From the NCBI GenBank assembly GCA_030704615.1, contig CM060731.1, positions 30,752,001 to 30,816,000 of the forward strand: a DNA stretch of 64,000 nt. Reading direction: 5' to 3'. Below the pieces are notes generated by a model that saw only the letters and a program-made list of their open reading frames with translations, searched no databases and had not been told where the DNA came from. The DNA comes from Takakia lepidozioides. Its lineage: Eukaryota > Plantae > Bryophyta. This document shows positions 37,701 to 50,018 of the stretch, one piece after another. Position numbers and translations under genes: made by a program. Position 1 is the first letter of the stretch; each line of letters opens with the position of its first letter.

Positions 37701-40021
37701 TGTAGTGTGAGTGCAGGGGGTAAAAATTCAAGTTTTTGTTTGGCATCAGGTTTCGGCACTACTACAAAGGGAGTGCCCTTCGTGCTAATGAAGGGGAGGA
37801 ATTGTCCATAACTTGAGGTAATTCCATGGAAAGACTATGCTATTGATCTGCCAAGAACAAAATATGGCTAAGTAATGACATGCGCCTTTTCATCCCTAGG
37901 ATGAATGATTTTCATCCATGATGTTGAACCCTAGAAGCAGGATGTGAAATTCGAAGGGGAAGAGTGCGGGTATCTTTTCGCAGCTGCTGCAGTGGTGTTG
38001 GCAGCACAGGATATCTGAGAAAGTTCCACCTACGCAAAGGGTATCAGCTTGCTTTTAAGAGAAATGTTAAAAGCTCCTGCTTGGCTTTCTGTGCAAGAAG
38101 AAGCGGTGCCGCCTTCTTCGTAAGCAATGATCAAACCAGAGGGATCAGGTTTGTGATAAGGGTGGTGCACCACTGCTGTCGCCATTGTCTTGATGAGCAC
38201 ATTAATGAGGAGATGGAGCGGCTCAGCAGGTGTTGGGGGATGAGAAATGCAGGCTGGTGTGTATAGCGCCTCAGGTTGTCTGTGATCAAATCTTGTAGCT
38301 GCTGTCTGTTTTTTTAGCTTTAGGACCAGATCACTTTGTAAGGGAATCAGCTTGCCTTAAAGAGCGACGTTAAGGGATCTGGCTTGGCATTCTGTGCAAG
38401 AGGAAGCGGTGCCGCCTTCTGGTGTGTATGGCGCTTAAGCTATCTATAATTAAGTTTTGTATCTGCTCTCTGTCTTAAAGGCTGTAGGACAGATCACTTC
38501 ATAGGGAAGAAATGCACATGTAGAAGGATAGGGTAGAGGTTGGCAGACACAAGGATGTGCCAGCAGCTGAAGCAGAGCCGTCATGCCTTGATGAGGATTG
38601 GAATCACGATAAGAAGAGACGTCGGAAATGGCTGACGGGGGAGAGGACAAGGTGCTTTCGTGACAGGCAGACCCACCGCTTCAATGAGTATAAGACAGAT
38701 AAGTTTGAAGAGTGGTTTTCTCTCTTTTTGGGGTGACTTAGAAATCGCTTTGTGAAGTTTGGACTGTCTCTTGTATGTAGTAAGAGACACTGACATGTGA
38801 GGAAGAAAAAGAGCTTTGGAAATGGAATGAAGACACTGGACTTCAAACCAGGATGGACTGGAGATGGATGCACCTGCTGTTACATTGTAGAGTAGGAAAA
38901 ATGAATGGAAACAGGGTTGATTCGTTGCTGGGACAGAATGGTTGCTGTTGTTGTATTCTTGTTTCTTGTTTCAGCGTCATGAGCTTGTACAAACAATCTA
39001 GCCTGGGATGTTGACACATTACAGTCAATGTGGAACTAGCTTAGTAGGTAGAGGAAACCAGTGAGAGTTAGATTGAACTGTTTGGAAACAACAAGAAGGG
39101 ATGATGTGGATGGGGCAGAAAAACCAACATCTGTTTGGGTTTGGATCTGATTCTCAGGGTGCTCTCAGCATGTGAACCACTGAGGTTCACAGTTGATGGG
39201 AAAAAGAGAGCTGTCAGGGTGTGTAAATTGAGACCTGTAGAAGGGTTGAGAGCTGTCTTGGGCAAATGGCTACACCTGGGAAAAGTAGAGTGTGAAGCAT
39301 CTGTCATTGGCAAGAGAGGGACTGATAAAAGGGCTGATTATATCTTTGTGTGACCAAGGTTGATTTCAATGCTGGGTGCACTGGATGCTTGGCTGAATGC
39401 GCATTGCATTGCATCATAGACATGCTACAGTGGAAAGAGTGAGGAACCTACTCACCCTGAAGGAAAGAGAAAGGGAGAGAGAAAAGGACATAAGGGAGAG
39501 AGCTGACCAGCAAGAGGGGATGGAGAGGAATGGATGATTGGGGCGGTAAGATAAAGAAAGCATGAACCCATGAAGGGCCAAACTGGTGGGCCTACAACTC
39601 ATGGCAGATCTGAGTTGCCTCCTTCCAAATCGTGATCTTATTACAAAGGGGATTCCACTTGTTGCTGACCAAGGGAGCTGCCCACAAGGGCAGTGGTCAT
39701 CACTGACGTAGGGCTGGTTGCATCACTGAAGACAGCATGGTAACAGGGCTGGTGCAGTGTACCAGGGAGAGGATGTTGTGTAGAAGTAGAACCACGGGTG
39801 AAAACAATACAGACTCCCCATCCATGTCTTCTCTTCCGCTGCGGCGTGGATGAGGATTGTGTGAACTCTGATCATGAAGGACCTGAGGGAAACCCACACC
39901 GAGTGACGAGGGTTGGATCACCTGAGAGGACAAAATCCTTTCCTTCCCTCCAATTGACTTGGGGAGGAGCACAACTACACTTGCACAGAAGGGGATTCAC
40001 GCCCCTTCTTTTCACACTACA
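37701..40021. mobile_element. 2.3-kb non-coding insertion with TG...CA ends (solo LTR or non-autonomous element) in the 3' end of X1, copy B
   Basis: TGTAGTGTGA...TCACACTACA 10-bp inverted ends; 4-bp TSD ACCC (37697-37700, 40022-40025); absent from copy A. Confidence 0.85.
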
Positions 40022-40576
40022 ACCCCTCAAAACAAGCTCATCACTGCTGCGGCACCTCGAGGTAAACTGCAATTCGGTCGTTCTGCTGCCCTTGCTGGAG
40101 CCGACGACAATGTCATGTCCATCAATGATACCACCATCATACATTGACAAGGTCACTGTGGGCCTCATGTGCCCGTGCGATTCGTCTTCGCAACTCAGCC
40201 GAATGTCTCCATACACTGGAAGAGCGGAGTGATCTGCATGTATATAGTTTTCCCCGGTGCCGTCCTCCCTGGTCCACTGGCAGCAGTTCCAGCGCCAAAG
40301 CGAGGCCGTGCGTGATCTGTCCGGCATCCCTTTCCAGCTTGGTATATCGAGGTCAACAATTTTCAGGACCCACGGACCGCATTGACCCTCGCCCTCACCT
40401 CGCTCAAAGCGGTAATAGCCCTCCAGATACTCCATTGCGTGCAAAGACTCTTGCTTGATTCCAGCAGCGTATGTGAAAACAGAGAGCCAGACAATGATGT
40501 CTCCTGATTCTGGTTTGAACATAGCATAATCGTGGCCATGATAAGGGCAGTCGGCTGGATTTCGGCGGCACGGCAT
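40022..40576 (-). pseudogene. Orphan cargo gene X1, copy B (last codons displaced by the insertion)
   Basis: ORF 39872-40606 matches 1749-2327 up to ELVLRG. Confidence 0.6.
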
Positions 40577-41130
40577 CCTTGAAAAAGAGTAGCGGAGTAC
40601 GCTCAATGACAGCAGCTCCCGGATGGAGGAGGAGCAGCGTGGTGGCTGGAAAAGTTCAAGCTAACGCTGCAATTCCTCACAAACACTCCAGGGCACATTT
40701 AAATTTCCCCCCTACAGGATCCTGGACCGATGAAGATTGGCTGCTTCATGAATGTAGCCGTTTCAGTTTCCTACCCTGCCATGCAAACTATGGGCACTCA
40801 CTGCCAGGTGGGCCGATAGCCACTGGACACGACGAAGTCCATCCCCTCTTCGATGTAAATGCGGCGCCGAATTTCCATCCGGGGGATGGACTTCGGTGGC
40901 AGATCTCAAACTATAACTTGTTGATGAGAAAGATGTATGGGTTCATCCACCGCCGGCGTGATGAACACGTTCCACCTCCGTCGGTGGGTACGTGGGACCC
41001 AGATGCTCCATTATTGGAGGCCGGACTGCTCTTCCGCTTCGCATCATTTCCAAAATCTAAGGGCTTCGTAGCTGTCCGCAAGGTCATTGTCATTTGCATC
41101 CAAGTCGTCCTCAGGTCCTCCTTTGCAAGG

Positions 41131-41694
41131 ATGTCGTGCTTCCAGAACCGGGACGACTGCCCATTTGGAGGCATCGATTATGCAATGTATTCGGCCACAT
41201 CGGGAGACATTGTTATCTGGTACACAGATTACACAGAAGATACTGGTTCGATTGTGGAAACATTGGTGGCTTTTGAGTATATCCTAGGCCACTACGCCTT
41301 CGAGCGGGGTGACGATCTTGGTCTGAGGAGTCCGTGGCTCCTGCGCATCCTCGATTCCGATTTTCCCAGCTACGACGGTCACCCATGCAGAAGAAGGCGC
41401 ACTGCTATGCTGTTGCGGTGGAACTGCTGCCACTGGACGTGGGTGGACTCCATCGGAGAGACCTATTCTCCTCAAGGAGTGCGCTCCTCTTCTCCATTGT
41501 ATGGGGACATTCGCATTGGTATGGACGACGAAAACGTGAAGATTTCCATATTCGATGGTGGTATGATTGAAGGGCAGGACATTGTGGTGAACATCACTAG
41601 GGGCGGTACAACGGCTGCAATCGACTTTACATGGAGGAGCCCCATGACTCATGAGCTAGTTCTGAGAGCAGTCGAAGTCCCATTGACAACGTGA
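41131..41694 (+). CDS. Orphan cargo gene X2 (~187 aa), intact in copy B
   Basis: MSCFQNRDDCPFGGIDYAMY...LRWNCCHW...LYGDIRI...ELVLRAVEVPLTT; full-length paralog of X1. Confidence 0.65.
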   Translation: MSCFQNRDDCPFGGIDYAMYSATSGDIVIWYTDYTEDTGSIVETLVAFEYILGHYAFERGDDLGLRSPWLLRILDSDFPSYDGHPCRRRRTAMLLRWNCCHWTWVDSIGETYSPQGVRSSSPLYGDIRIGMDDENVKISIFDGGMIEGQDIVVNITRGGTTAAIDFTWRSPMTHELVLRAVEVPLTT

Positions 41695-42090
41695 CTTGTA
41701 TTCAGTAGGCACAGGGCTAAAGATTTGATTGCACAATCAGCACAGTAGACGTGCTTCAAATGCAATTCATGTGGATCAATAAAAACCTCATTGTGCCCTC
41801 TTTTTATTCTATTCTGTGTCCATCGTTCCGAGAATGCGTCATTGCTCATTTCGTTTGGGATTGGGAGTGTGGGTGGATTTTGCAAGTGGCTGGTAGGCTG
41901 AAATGGGCCCCCATTGTACAGAGCAGTACCACCCTACCATTCGCGAAACATTGCCTTTCAATATATAATTCTAAATAACATTGCCGAACCTCCTTCATCG
42001 GGAGGTCCTTCTCCCCCTATGACCGTGGCACCCTAAACCCTATTCCCGCGGACACGCATTTCCGGAAAATAGTGCTGCTCATGTTGCTAT

Positions 42091-44713
42091 GTGGATTCAC
42101 GGCACTCAAAGCCACTAGGGAAGACAATATACATGGGGCATTGACGTTACTTTGCAAAAAACCACCCCAACCGACGAGCAGGAAGGCACTTCAATGGATG
42201 TGTTGAAAAGAGAATGGCACCAAATGCTGTGACACCGGAGGAGACATTGCAATTTGCAAAGAAGAAAGAGGCGTTCATGGAGATTGGAGGGAGAGACGGA
42301 AGTAGTGCGGATCCAGCCATGGAGCACGGGGTGAAGCGCCGGACAATCCTTTGGGATTTGCCATACTGGAAGGTGCATGAATCCCCCCCCCCCCATTCAC
42401 TCACTTTCTTTCACATTGTGCTTCCTGGAATTACCTTTACTGTCAAGAGTCCTTCCACCAACTCCTAAGTCAGTGTAACTACTATGCAGTAGATGTTGAA
42501 GTCGTACACCTCACTGTGGAGAGGATCGTGGAGTTGTTGAAAGCAGAATGTAGTAACATGGACAACTTCTGCCACATATTCTACTTTTTTTGCCCATAGA
42601 ACTTGGTCTCATGGGAGGACATTTGGCATTTCAGAACCTCTTGCAGCGGTACCTCCTGGACCCCATGCATTGTGAGAAGAACTTCTGCGAGAACATTTTG
42701 AAGATATATCTTGGGGAGAAGGATACGATAAACGTACGAAAGGACATGGAGATTGAAGGGATACGGTCACATCTGTGGCTAAGGCCTGATCCAAATAGAC
42801 CAGGCAAAGTGCTCATGCCAGCAGCATCAACGTCCTGACCAAATCAGATCAAAGAGGATTTTTTGAAGACATTGGGAGCCATGAAAGTGCCAACCGGATT
42901 CTCGGGTGCTTTCCAAAAGCATGCCATAAACAAGAAATGGTCGGGGATGAAGTCACATGATCTACACGTGATGATGCAACAGATTTTGCCAGTGTGCATT
43001 CGGGGTACGATGGCGCCAGGTCCTCGAACAGCCATAATGCGTGTAAGTCGAGTGTTTAGGAAGATTTGTGCGAAGGTGTGGGATCCGAGGGACATTACAT
43101 CGTTGCATGAGGATGTGGCTATGACCCTATGTTTGCTGGAGAAAGAATTCCCTCCATCATTCTTTGACGTCATGACGCACTTGCTAGTGTATCTTGTAGA
43201 GGAGTTGCATGTGTGTGGGCCCGTAGCCAGCCGGTGGATGTACCCCATGGAGAGGTACATGAAGGATCTGAAGGGGTATGTACGCAACATGGCACGGCCA
43301 GAGGGGAGTATGGTGGAGGGCTACATCCGTGACGAAGCCCTGGGCTTCATGACAGAGTATATGTCTTCATTTGATGCAATACAATGATGGGTGTGGGACG
43401 AGAACGAGGAAGAAGGATTGTAGGCAAGGTCCTAGAAGGTGGTGGAACAAGCGTGCCATGAGCCCGCGCCTTCGGGATGTGGCACATGATTATGTGCTGA
43501 ACAACACAACAACCATGACACCATGGAGACAGTGGGTGCCAACTTACATCCCTCCTGTGCTATCTTAATGGTCTTTGTATGCTGGAATGACATATATATT
43601 GTCACAAGTCATTCCGGCCACTATGGGAGTGGGATCGTGTACTAACAGGGTACTTCAGACGACTACAGAGGGTGTTTCATAGATCTTGGTTGTTGCTTGC
43701 AAGTGATTATGAAGTAGGCTGCATCACTACAGTGTGCTTGAAAGGACACACACTCTGCATGTGGCATGCATGTACAGCACGGTGTTGGTCAGGGGGACTG
43801 AGTTGCAGCTTCTATTTGGTTTCTACCAGAAAGTACGCAGCGGAGAAGGTCCGCCTGAAAACGGAACGCAGTGCATTTGCACAAGCATGGCGGAGGGGCG
43901 GTCGTAGGCGCAGATCCCCGGTGGAGTACCCCACAACAATGGAGGAGCTGCAGCCCTTTACAGTGTGGGTCAGATCTGCAATTGCAATGTACGCATCAGA
44001 GAACGAGGACCCAGATGAGGGCATGGTGAGTCTGTCATTCCCCCAGGGCTGATTGCCACTTCGTACCGGTCAATGAAAGCATATGGCAATCACTATAGAG
44101 TGGACGATGCCAACACCAGCCTCCTGGTGACTTATGACAGCGGAGTGGCATCATTTTTTGAACAAGAGAGTAGGAGCTGTGCACGAGATCAGAATCCAAT
44201 TTCATGCCATGTGCAATATGTAGGAGTGATCAAAGAGATCCTTAAACTAGACTATGGTCTTGTGAAGCCAATTCTATTCCGTTGTTCTTGGGTAAAAGCC
44301 AATATGGTAGGAGAGAATGCCACCATGAAACGGGATGAGTACGGGTTCATCCTTGCTGATTTCAGAAAAATGCTACCACAAGATGAAGAGCCATTCATCT
44401 TCCCATCGCAAGTTGAGCAAGTTTTCTTTCAGATGACACCCATGCGCCGGGATGGAAGGTGGTTCTTCACAAGGACCCCCGGGCCAAACGAGTCGTGGCC
44501 GACGTCCATGATCTGGACCTAGGGGAGAATGCCGACCACGAGGGTCTGAGGGAACCACAAAATCTACCAGATACAGCCGAACCAGTCTCTTTGGAAGGAG
44601 CAGTTACCTTTAACGAGGAAGACATTCCAGGGTTGGTAATTACCGCAAGGCAAATTGCAGATGTGGGTAGTGAAGGGGAAGATTATTTGGATATAGATAG
44701 TGAGCCCAGCTGA
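42091..44713 (+). pseudogene. CACTA (En/Spm) transposase, 3' part (end of Transposase_21 region, DUF4218- and DUF4216-like exons)
   Basis: KTIYMGH*RY..NHP, DPMHCEKN, GMKSHDLHVMMQ, FPPSFFDVMTHLLVYL...GPVASRWMYPMER, YVGVIKEILKLDY...FRCSW, EPFIFPSQVEQVF; stops and frameshifts. Confidence 0.9.
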
Positions 44714-45545
44714 ATCTTAGTGTCCATTAAGCGAGCAGCTCATAGACGAGAGCTATGCTAAGGACTCTTACTGTCCTTAGAACCCATTTTGTACAGTCCT
44801 ACAAGCGCGCAAGGGCGAGACAGTTAATAGTATCGATAATGTCCCGGTATGTGGTCCGTACTGTCTTGTGAACAAACCTTTTTTTGTTCTGCCAATATTG
44901 TTTCTGACATGTGAGGAGAGGATCGTCTTCATGTACGGGAAGTAGACGTGAATGTGTGCATGCATTTTCTGGCCCAGCTGCATGCTTTCCAGGAACAAAG
45001 ACCAGTGGAATGGGGGGTGTCTCCAAAGGAGCAGGACCGAACGACACCTTTTTGTGCTTCCCTTGCTTTCCTTCTCACCGTTGTTGCATTCTCCCACCTG
45101 CCCAACAGCAGCACTATCGAAGCAATAGCATGACATATGTTGCAACATGGTCTTCTTCATTAGTGAATGAGCTTTTTTGCTACATGTACTGCCACGTCCA
45201 CATTAACGTTGATCCCTGCAAGCACTTGGCAAGACGCCCCAGAGCCGCAAATCCAGCAACCACCACAAACACATCTAACTGATTGTAGTGATACGGGAAT
45301 AGCTCACTTGTAGAGGAATTGAACCTCCAGCCAAATGAATGGCTCTGCCCCTTGTAGCACAAGTGCGATGCAAAAACAAGGTGAGTACAAAATGAAGAAG
45401 CACTTACGAGGTCCCCATCCCTCGGATGGGCTCCCACTTGTGCTCTGGAACTGTGCAGGCCTGACTAGCACCAAATTGCATGAATCCTAAGCCTGAATGT
45501 CAAATGCAGGTTTATGTCGCGATGTAGCACGCCATCATCTAACCT

Positions 45546-46256
45546 GTAGTTTCCAGTTTCACTGATGTCATAACTGCCTTCAAGTCAACATCAAAATTAA
45601 GTCCACCTATGCGCAAATCGCAGAATGTCTCATGACACCATCTGCCGCCGCTGGTTTGGCATGATATGATTGTAGTTCACAACCTTAATGAACGCTTTCA
45701 GCCTTGACCTCTTTGCGATCTTCTTCTGTGACTACTTCTTCGTAATTTATGAAAGGGAAAAGCAGCTACACATCAAATTCTTGCAAGTACAGGGGGGTAC
45801 TCAGGCCACCTTGGGAGAAAGAGTGCCATAAACACAGACACATCCTTAAATGTAAAAATTGGAGAAGCGAACGTCTGGTGGCAATAACTGCCTAAACCAG
45901 AATTATACTCCATTCCAGCACACATGTAAAGGGTCGGATGATAACTCGGAATCCCAGTTGGAGATAATGAGACGAATACATGACTATCTTGCGAGTTTCA
46001 ACTTTCTTGGAGGTAGTTTCCAGTTTTTCTGGTGTCACAACTGCCTTCAAGCTGGGTTTAGAGGAATTAAGTCCCACTCGCAAATGCAGAATGTCTCCCT
46101 CATCTGCGTGGGCAAAATGGGGTTTGGCATGATATGATTGTAGTTCACAACCAAAGGGCATATTCTTCAGCCTTGACGTCTTTGCGATCTTCTTCTGTGA
46201 CGCCTTCTGCATAACTTGTGAAATGGAAAAGCAGCTACACATCAAATTATTGCGAT
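45546..46256. repeat. Diverged direct duplication (~245-bp units at ~45546-45790 and ~46012-46256)
   Basis: Shared blocks GTAGTTTCCAGTTT, GGTTTGGCATGATATGATTGTAGTTCACAACC, TTTGCGATCTTCTTCTGTGAC and GAAAAGCAGCTACACATCAAATT. Confidence 0.75.
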
Positions 46257-47273
46257 GCCAGTCAATGGCATTATGAACGTTTTGAGCATGCTGTCAGAAA
46301 ACTAGACGGGCAAAAACCCAATTCAGCAGCCTCACCTTGCGTGGATACTTGGGAATTGATGCCAGAAGGGCATGCCCGTATGCACGCTCCATCGTGCCTC
46401 CATCCAGCACATTCTGTAAATGATGAATGACCAAGACCCCGATGTTACACCGTTATGAGAAGCCACTACGCGCGCTCACAGTATACGAAGGCCTTGCCGT
46501 GTCAGGATTTCCATTCCCACGTCCCGCCATATCCGACGCAGCATTTGCATCCTTGTCTCTGCCAGGTGGAGGCAGCACGTATTAAAATATCTATTCCCCC
46601 AAGGCCACATTTTGTTTACCTCTTTTTGTGAAAGCCACGTCACCAAATGTGCTGCCGAGTCATGGGTGCAATGAATGCGCAGTGGTTCATGGAGTCGTTG
46701 AGTCGACTACATATTCACTTTAATGAATAAATATCTTTATTCCATTAATCGAATTAGGAAAGAAAATGTGTAGTCGCATGTGCAGTAATTACAACCACTT
46801 GTAATTTTGGCTTTTCCAAATTTTATGTATTTACGCAATTCGTAAAATAGCCCGGAATTCTGCTACGACTCCGGGGTCGTTGACCCCACTTCTGTCCGCC
46901 GTCTGAAATGCCCCCGTGGGCCCACATTGTCTGTTTCGACTCTCCAGTAGTCCCATTTACTACCAAGTGGTTCCCGGAGTGGTCGCGGACATGCAGTCGA
47001 ATCGGAAAAGACATGAATGCTTCTAGTGGGGACAAGTAATCACTGTTGTTTTTCAACACGGAGATGCAAACATTGAAAACCCAATGCGGAACACCTTCTC
47101 ACATGATCTTCTCTGGGCAACGGCAATACGTGCCCCCATTGGCCGGCAACGGCTACCCACACAGGCAATCGAAAATGACTGGGGCTAGAAGTGGCTTGAC
47201 AGAGAAGGTGCCACGATATTACGAGAAGAAATTGTGCTAAAACCACTGGCGTCCTAAAACCACCGACCTTGGT

Positions 47274-47554
47274 ATTTCGGCGCCAAAATTCCCAAGAGCA
47301 GTGTGCTTAAAGTGGTGTTTTGAAGACATCCACCGGGGTAATTCGGCGCCGAAATTTCCTTTTGAAATGTGATATAGTGGCGTATTTTATGGCGCAGAGC
47401 GGGCTATTTCGGCGCCGAAATACCCAACTGGAATGTGCTGAAGTGCCTTGTGCTGAAGGCTTCCAACGTGATATTTTGGTGTAGTAATTCCTTTGTGGAA
47501 TTTTATAAGGCCCATATTATGAAGGCGCACACTGGGCTATTTCGGCGCCGAAAT
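47274..47554. repeat. Second palindrome minisatellite: ATTTCGGCGCCGAAAT at 66-67-bp period (4 good copies + 1 degenerate)
   Basis: Copies at 47274, 47340, 47406, (47473), 47539. Confidence 0.8.
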
Positions 47555-48827
47555 TCCCAATAGGAATGTTAGAAACGGCAGGGTTTTCATGGCTTCAAGT
47601 TCACGGTTCGCTGGTGTGCATAAATTACTTGTAGGGTTCTTTACTTTAGTTTGCGTCTCTTCTGCATTTATTATTACATTGTGGTTGGCGGAAGAAATGT
47701 AGGGAATCGGACATGCAGTCTGAACACAATGATTTCAGAAATCGTCAATATTTTCATTAAGTGTTTCAGAACTGTACAACAAAAGGATCCAAATGAGACT
47801 TTGCTATGGTGAGGATCCGCGATCACTGTTCGATGCATCCCCGACCTCATGCAAGGATGGCTGCCTTCCACCTACCTCCGAACCTGCATTGCCGCTACCG
47901 CTATTATTCTGAGAAGCCCTCCCCTCAAAAATACCATCCTCACCAGCTGGAACTGTCACCTGGGTGCGGAATTGTCCTCATCATCCCCCTCGCTCTCAAA
48001 CGCGGATTCTATGACGAACTTGCCTACTCTACCTTTCACAATTCCATGTTTGGCCTCACGCCTCATTATAATTCTCTGCTCATTCCCGAATATCAATTGC
48101 TCAAACCAAGTAGGCCTATCCTCCCTCCTGATGGCTTCTCTGGCAGCCGTGTCTGCATAGGCTGGTAGAAAAAAAGGCTTATGGGGGCTCGCGAGAAACG
48201 ATTTTCTGGCAAAGAATGGCCGATACGATTATGTCTCCTCCTCTGCAACAGGGTCCAATTCGGGCAAGTCTCCCAGCATTTCCTCGTCGGACGACTCTGC
48301 AAGGCTGAGTGTATGCACAAACACAGAATGAAGCACATTAGAACATTCAAACAGGGAATCGTCGGCAGGTTGCATGGTCCCTACAACCAAAACCAATACA
48401 CTTACTATGGTGCAACTCACTCAAAGACAGGCATTGCAGGAAGCGGCTTTGGGCGCCCCTGCATCGTACAAATTTCCTGGACTTCCTCCTCCTCCTCTTC
48501 CTCCTCCCCTTCCACGTCCTCTTCTGCGTTTTTGGGATCCTCAGTCGGAGGCAGACGCTGTAGGCCCGCCAAATTGAAATCGTACAAGGCCGTATCCCCC
48601 TCAAATGAGAACACAAATCGGTTGGACATCCTTCCCGCCTACATACAGGCACCTGCGAATTCATATGACACAACCACAGCCAAAGTCAAGAATGACTCGC
48701 TTCCTGTTAGAGGGCTGCTTGGGACTTAGACGCTTTTACGGGTTCTGTTGGGTACCCTTAATTTTTACACAGACTGAGACAAACAGGAGCCTTAGGGGTG
48801 ACAACAGCAGGCTTTAGGGACCAGGGT

Positions 48828-49021
48828 TACACAGCCCAACACAGCCCGTCACAGCCGCCACAGCCAGACACAGCCCGCCACAGCTTCGCACAGCCAACAC
48901 AGCCCATCACAGCCTGACACAGCCCGACACAGCCAGTCACAGCTGCCACAGCTTCGCACAGCCTGACACAGCCTTACACAACCAGTCACAGCTCGGCACA
49001 GCTTGACACAGTCTGTCACAG
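48828..49021. repeat. ~10-bp CACAGC-core tandem repeat at the 5' region of the Gypsy element
   Basis: About 19 units of (C/A)CACAGCCNN. Confidence 0.85.
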
Positions 49022-49275
49022 TACATGGGGAACAGTTATCATTGGCATGGAACGACTGTGAGGGATTGACATCTGCAATGGAACGTGTTACTTTAGGGAT
49101 GACGGTTAATTAGTTAGGTGGTTAGAACAGCTTGCGGGCAGATAAGGGGAGCGGCAACGGAAAGAAGGGACACTTCACGGGGAGCGCTTCTTGGTCATGG
49201 GGGAGAGGAGATCAAGGGGAGAGCAGGAACGAGAGCAGGAAGTAGGAGAAAAGATGAACAATAGATGTTTGTTTC

Positions 49276-49998
49276 ATGCAGAGCTGTAGTGATACTGTAG
49301 GGCGGATAGATTGTACTGAGCGGGCTGAGTGCTTAGAAATATCCAACTCTTCTATCTTGGAGTTTCCACCTCGGATAGCGAAGGGATGGGTGAGTAAAAG
49401 CCGTTCGACATTTGGCGACCATACTGGGGAACTGGGTCATGAACAACCAGATGTGACAGGCATTTGGTGGGATCATGGTGGTTGGAGAATTAAAGAATTT
49501 GATGTGAATCAAATTCCCGGTGAAACTGAGAAGGAAAGATTGTCCAAACGATTCTTTCAGAGGTTCTTGGAATTGCCAGACGGTTGTAAAGAAAACATTC
49601 TTAAGAGAGTGCATGATGCTGACCCTGAGTGGGGTCTGGAGAAAGGGGTGATAAAGATTTATCAGGTGGCCTGTAGAAGAAGAGCACGTTGGTTACCAAC
49701 ACTGGTTTATGTGATAGCATTGCTATCCATTAAGCGAGTAGAGTTTGAAGGCTGGGAGGAAAGGAAGGTGAATGTTTATACTCATATGCATGAAGAGGTT
49801 GTACTGGTAAAGAATTGGATTCCAAAGGATATTATGTGGATCAAACTCACACCAAGAACAGCTTTCCAGACTTGTTTGCCATATGGTTATATGGTAACGG
49901 AGACTTCTAGTATAGCCAAGGGTGCATTGAAGCTTGAAAGAAACCCACGCATATACAAGAGATACTACAGAAGAGAGTTTTGGTTACTGCCACATTAA
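49276..49998 (+). CDS. Extra ORF upstream of gag (240 aa, unknown function)
   Basis: Uninterrupted ORF with the same strand and base composition as gag, ending 20 bp before the gag start. Confidence 0.5.
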   Translation: MQSCSDTVGRIDCTERAECLEISNSSILEFPPRIAKGWVSKSRSTFGDHTGELGHEQPDVTGIWWDHGGWRIKEFDVNQIPGETEKERLSKRFFQRFLELPDGCKENILKRVHDADPEWGLEKGVIKIYQVACRRRARWLPTLVYVIALLSIKRVEFEGWEERKVNVYTHMHEEVVLVKNWIPKDIMWIKLTPRTAFQTCLPYGYMVTETSSIAKGALKLERNPRIYKRYYRREFWLLPH

Positions 49999-50018
49999 AG
50001 AAATGAAAGACATAGGAC

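Larger units (their letters stand above)
24769..42080 (-). mobile_element. Mutator-like (MULE) DNA transposon, copy B (both ends present; internal inversion; solo-LTR-like insertion)
   Basis: Left end GAGGTTTACTATTT; inferred right end AAATAGTGCTGCTC (reverse complement GAGCAGCACTATTT). CACTA transposase sequence lies on both sides. No TSD seen. Confidence 0.8.

Noticed and set aside
40579-41130. N-terminal extension making X2 a 371-aa protein
   Set aside because: Paralogy with X1 and the shared start context begin at MSC (41131); the corresponding upstream frame is not fully open in copy A.
45281-45290. Possible CACTA terminus (TGTAGTG)
   Set aside because: No matching CACTA partner end or 3-bp TSD could be identified; similar words occur elsewhere by chance.
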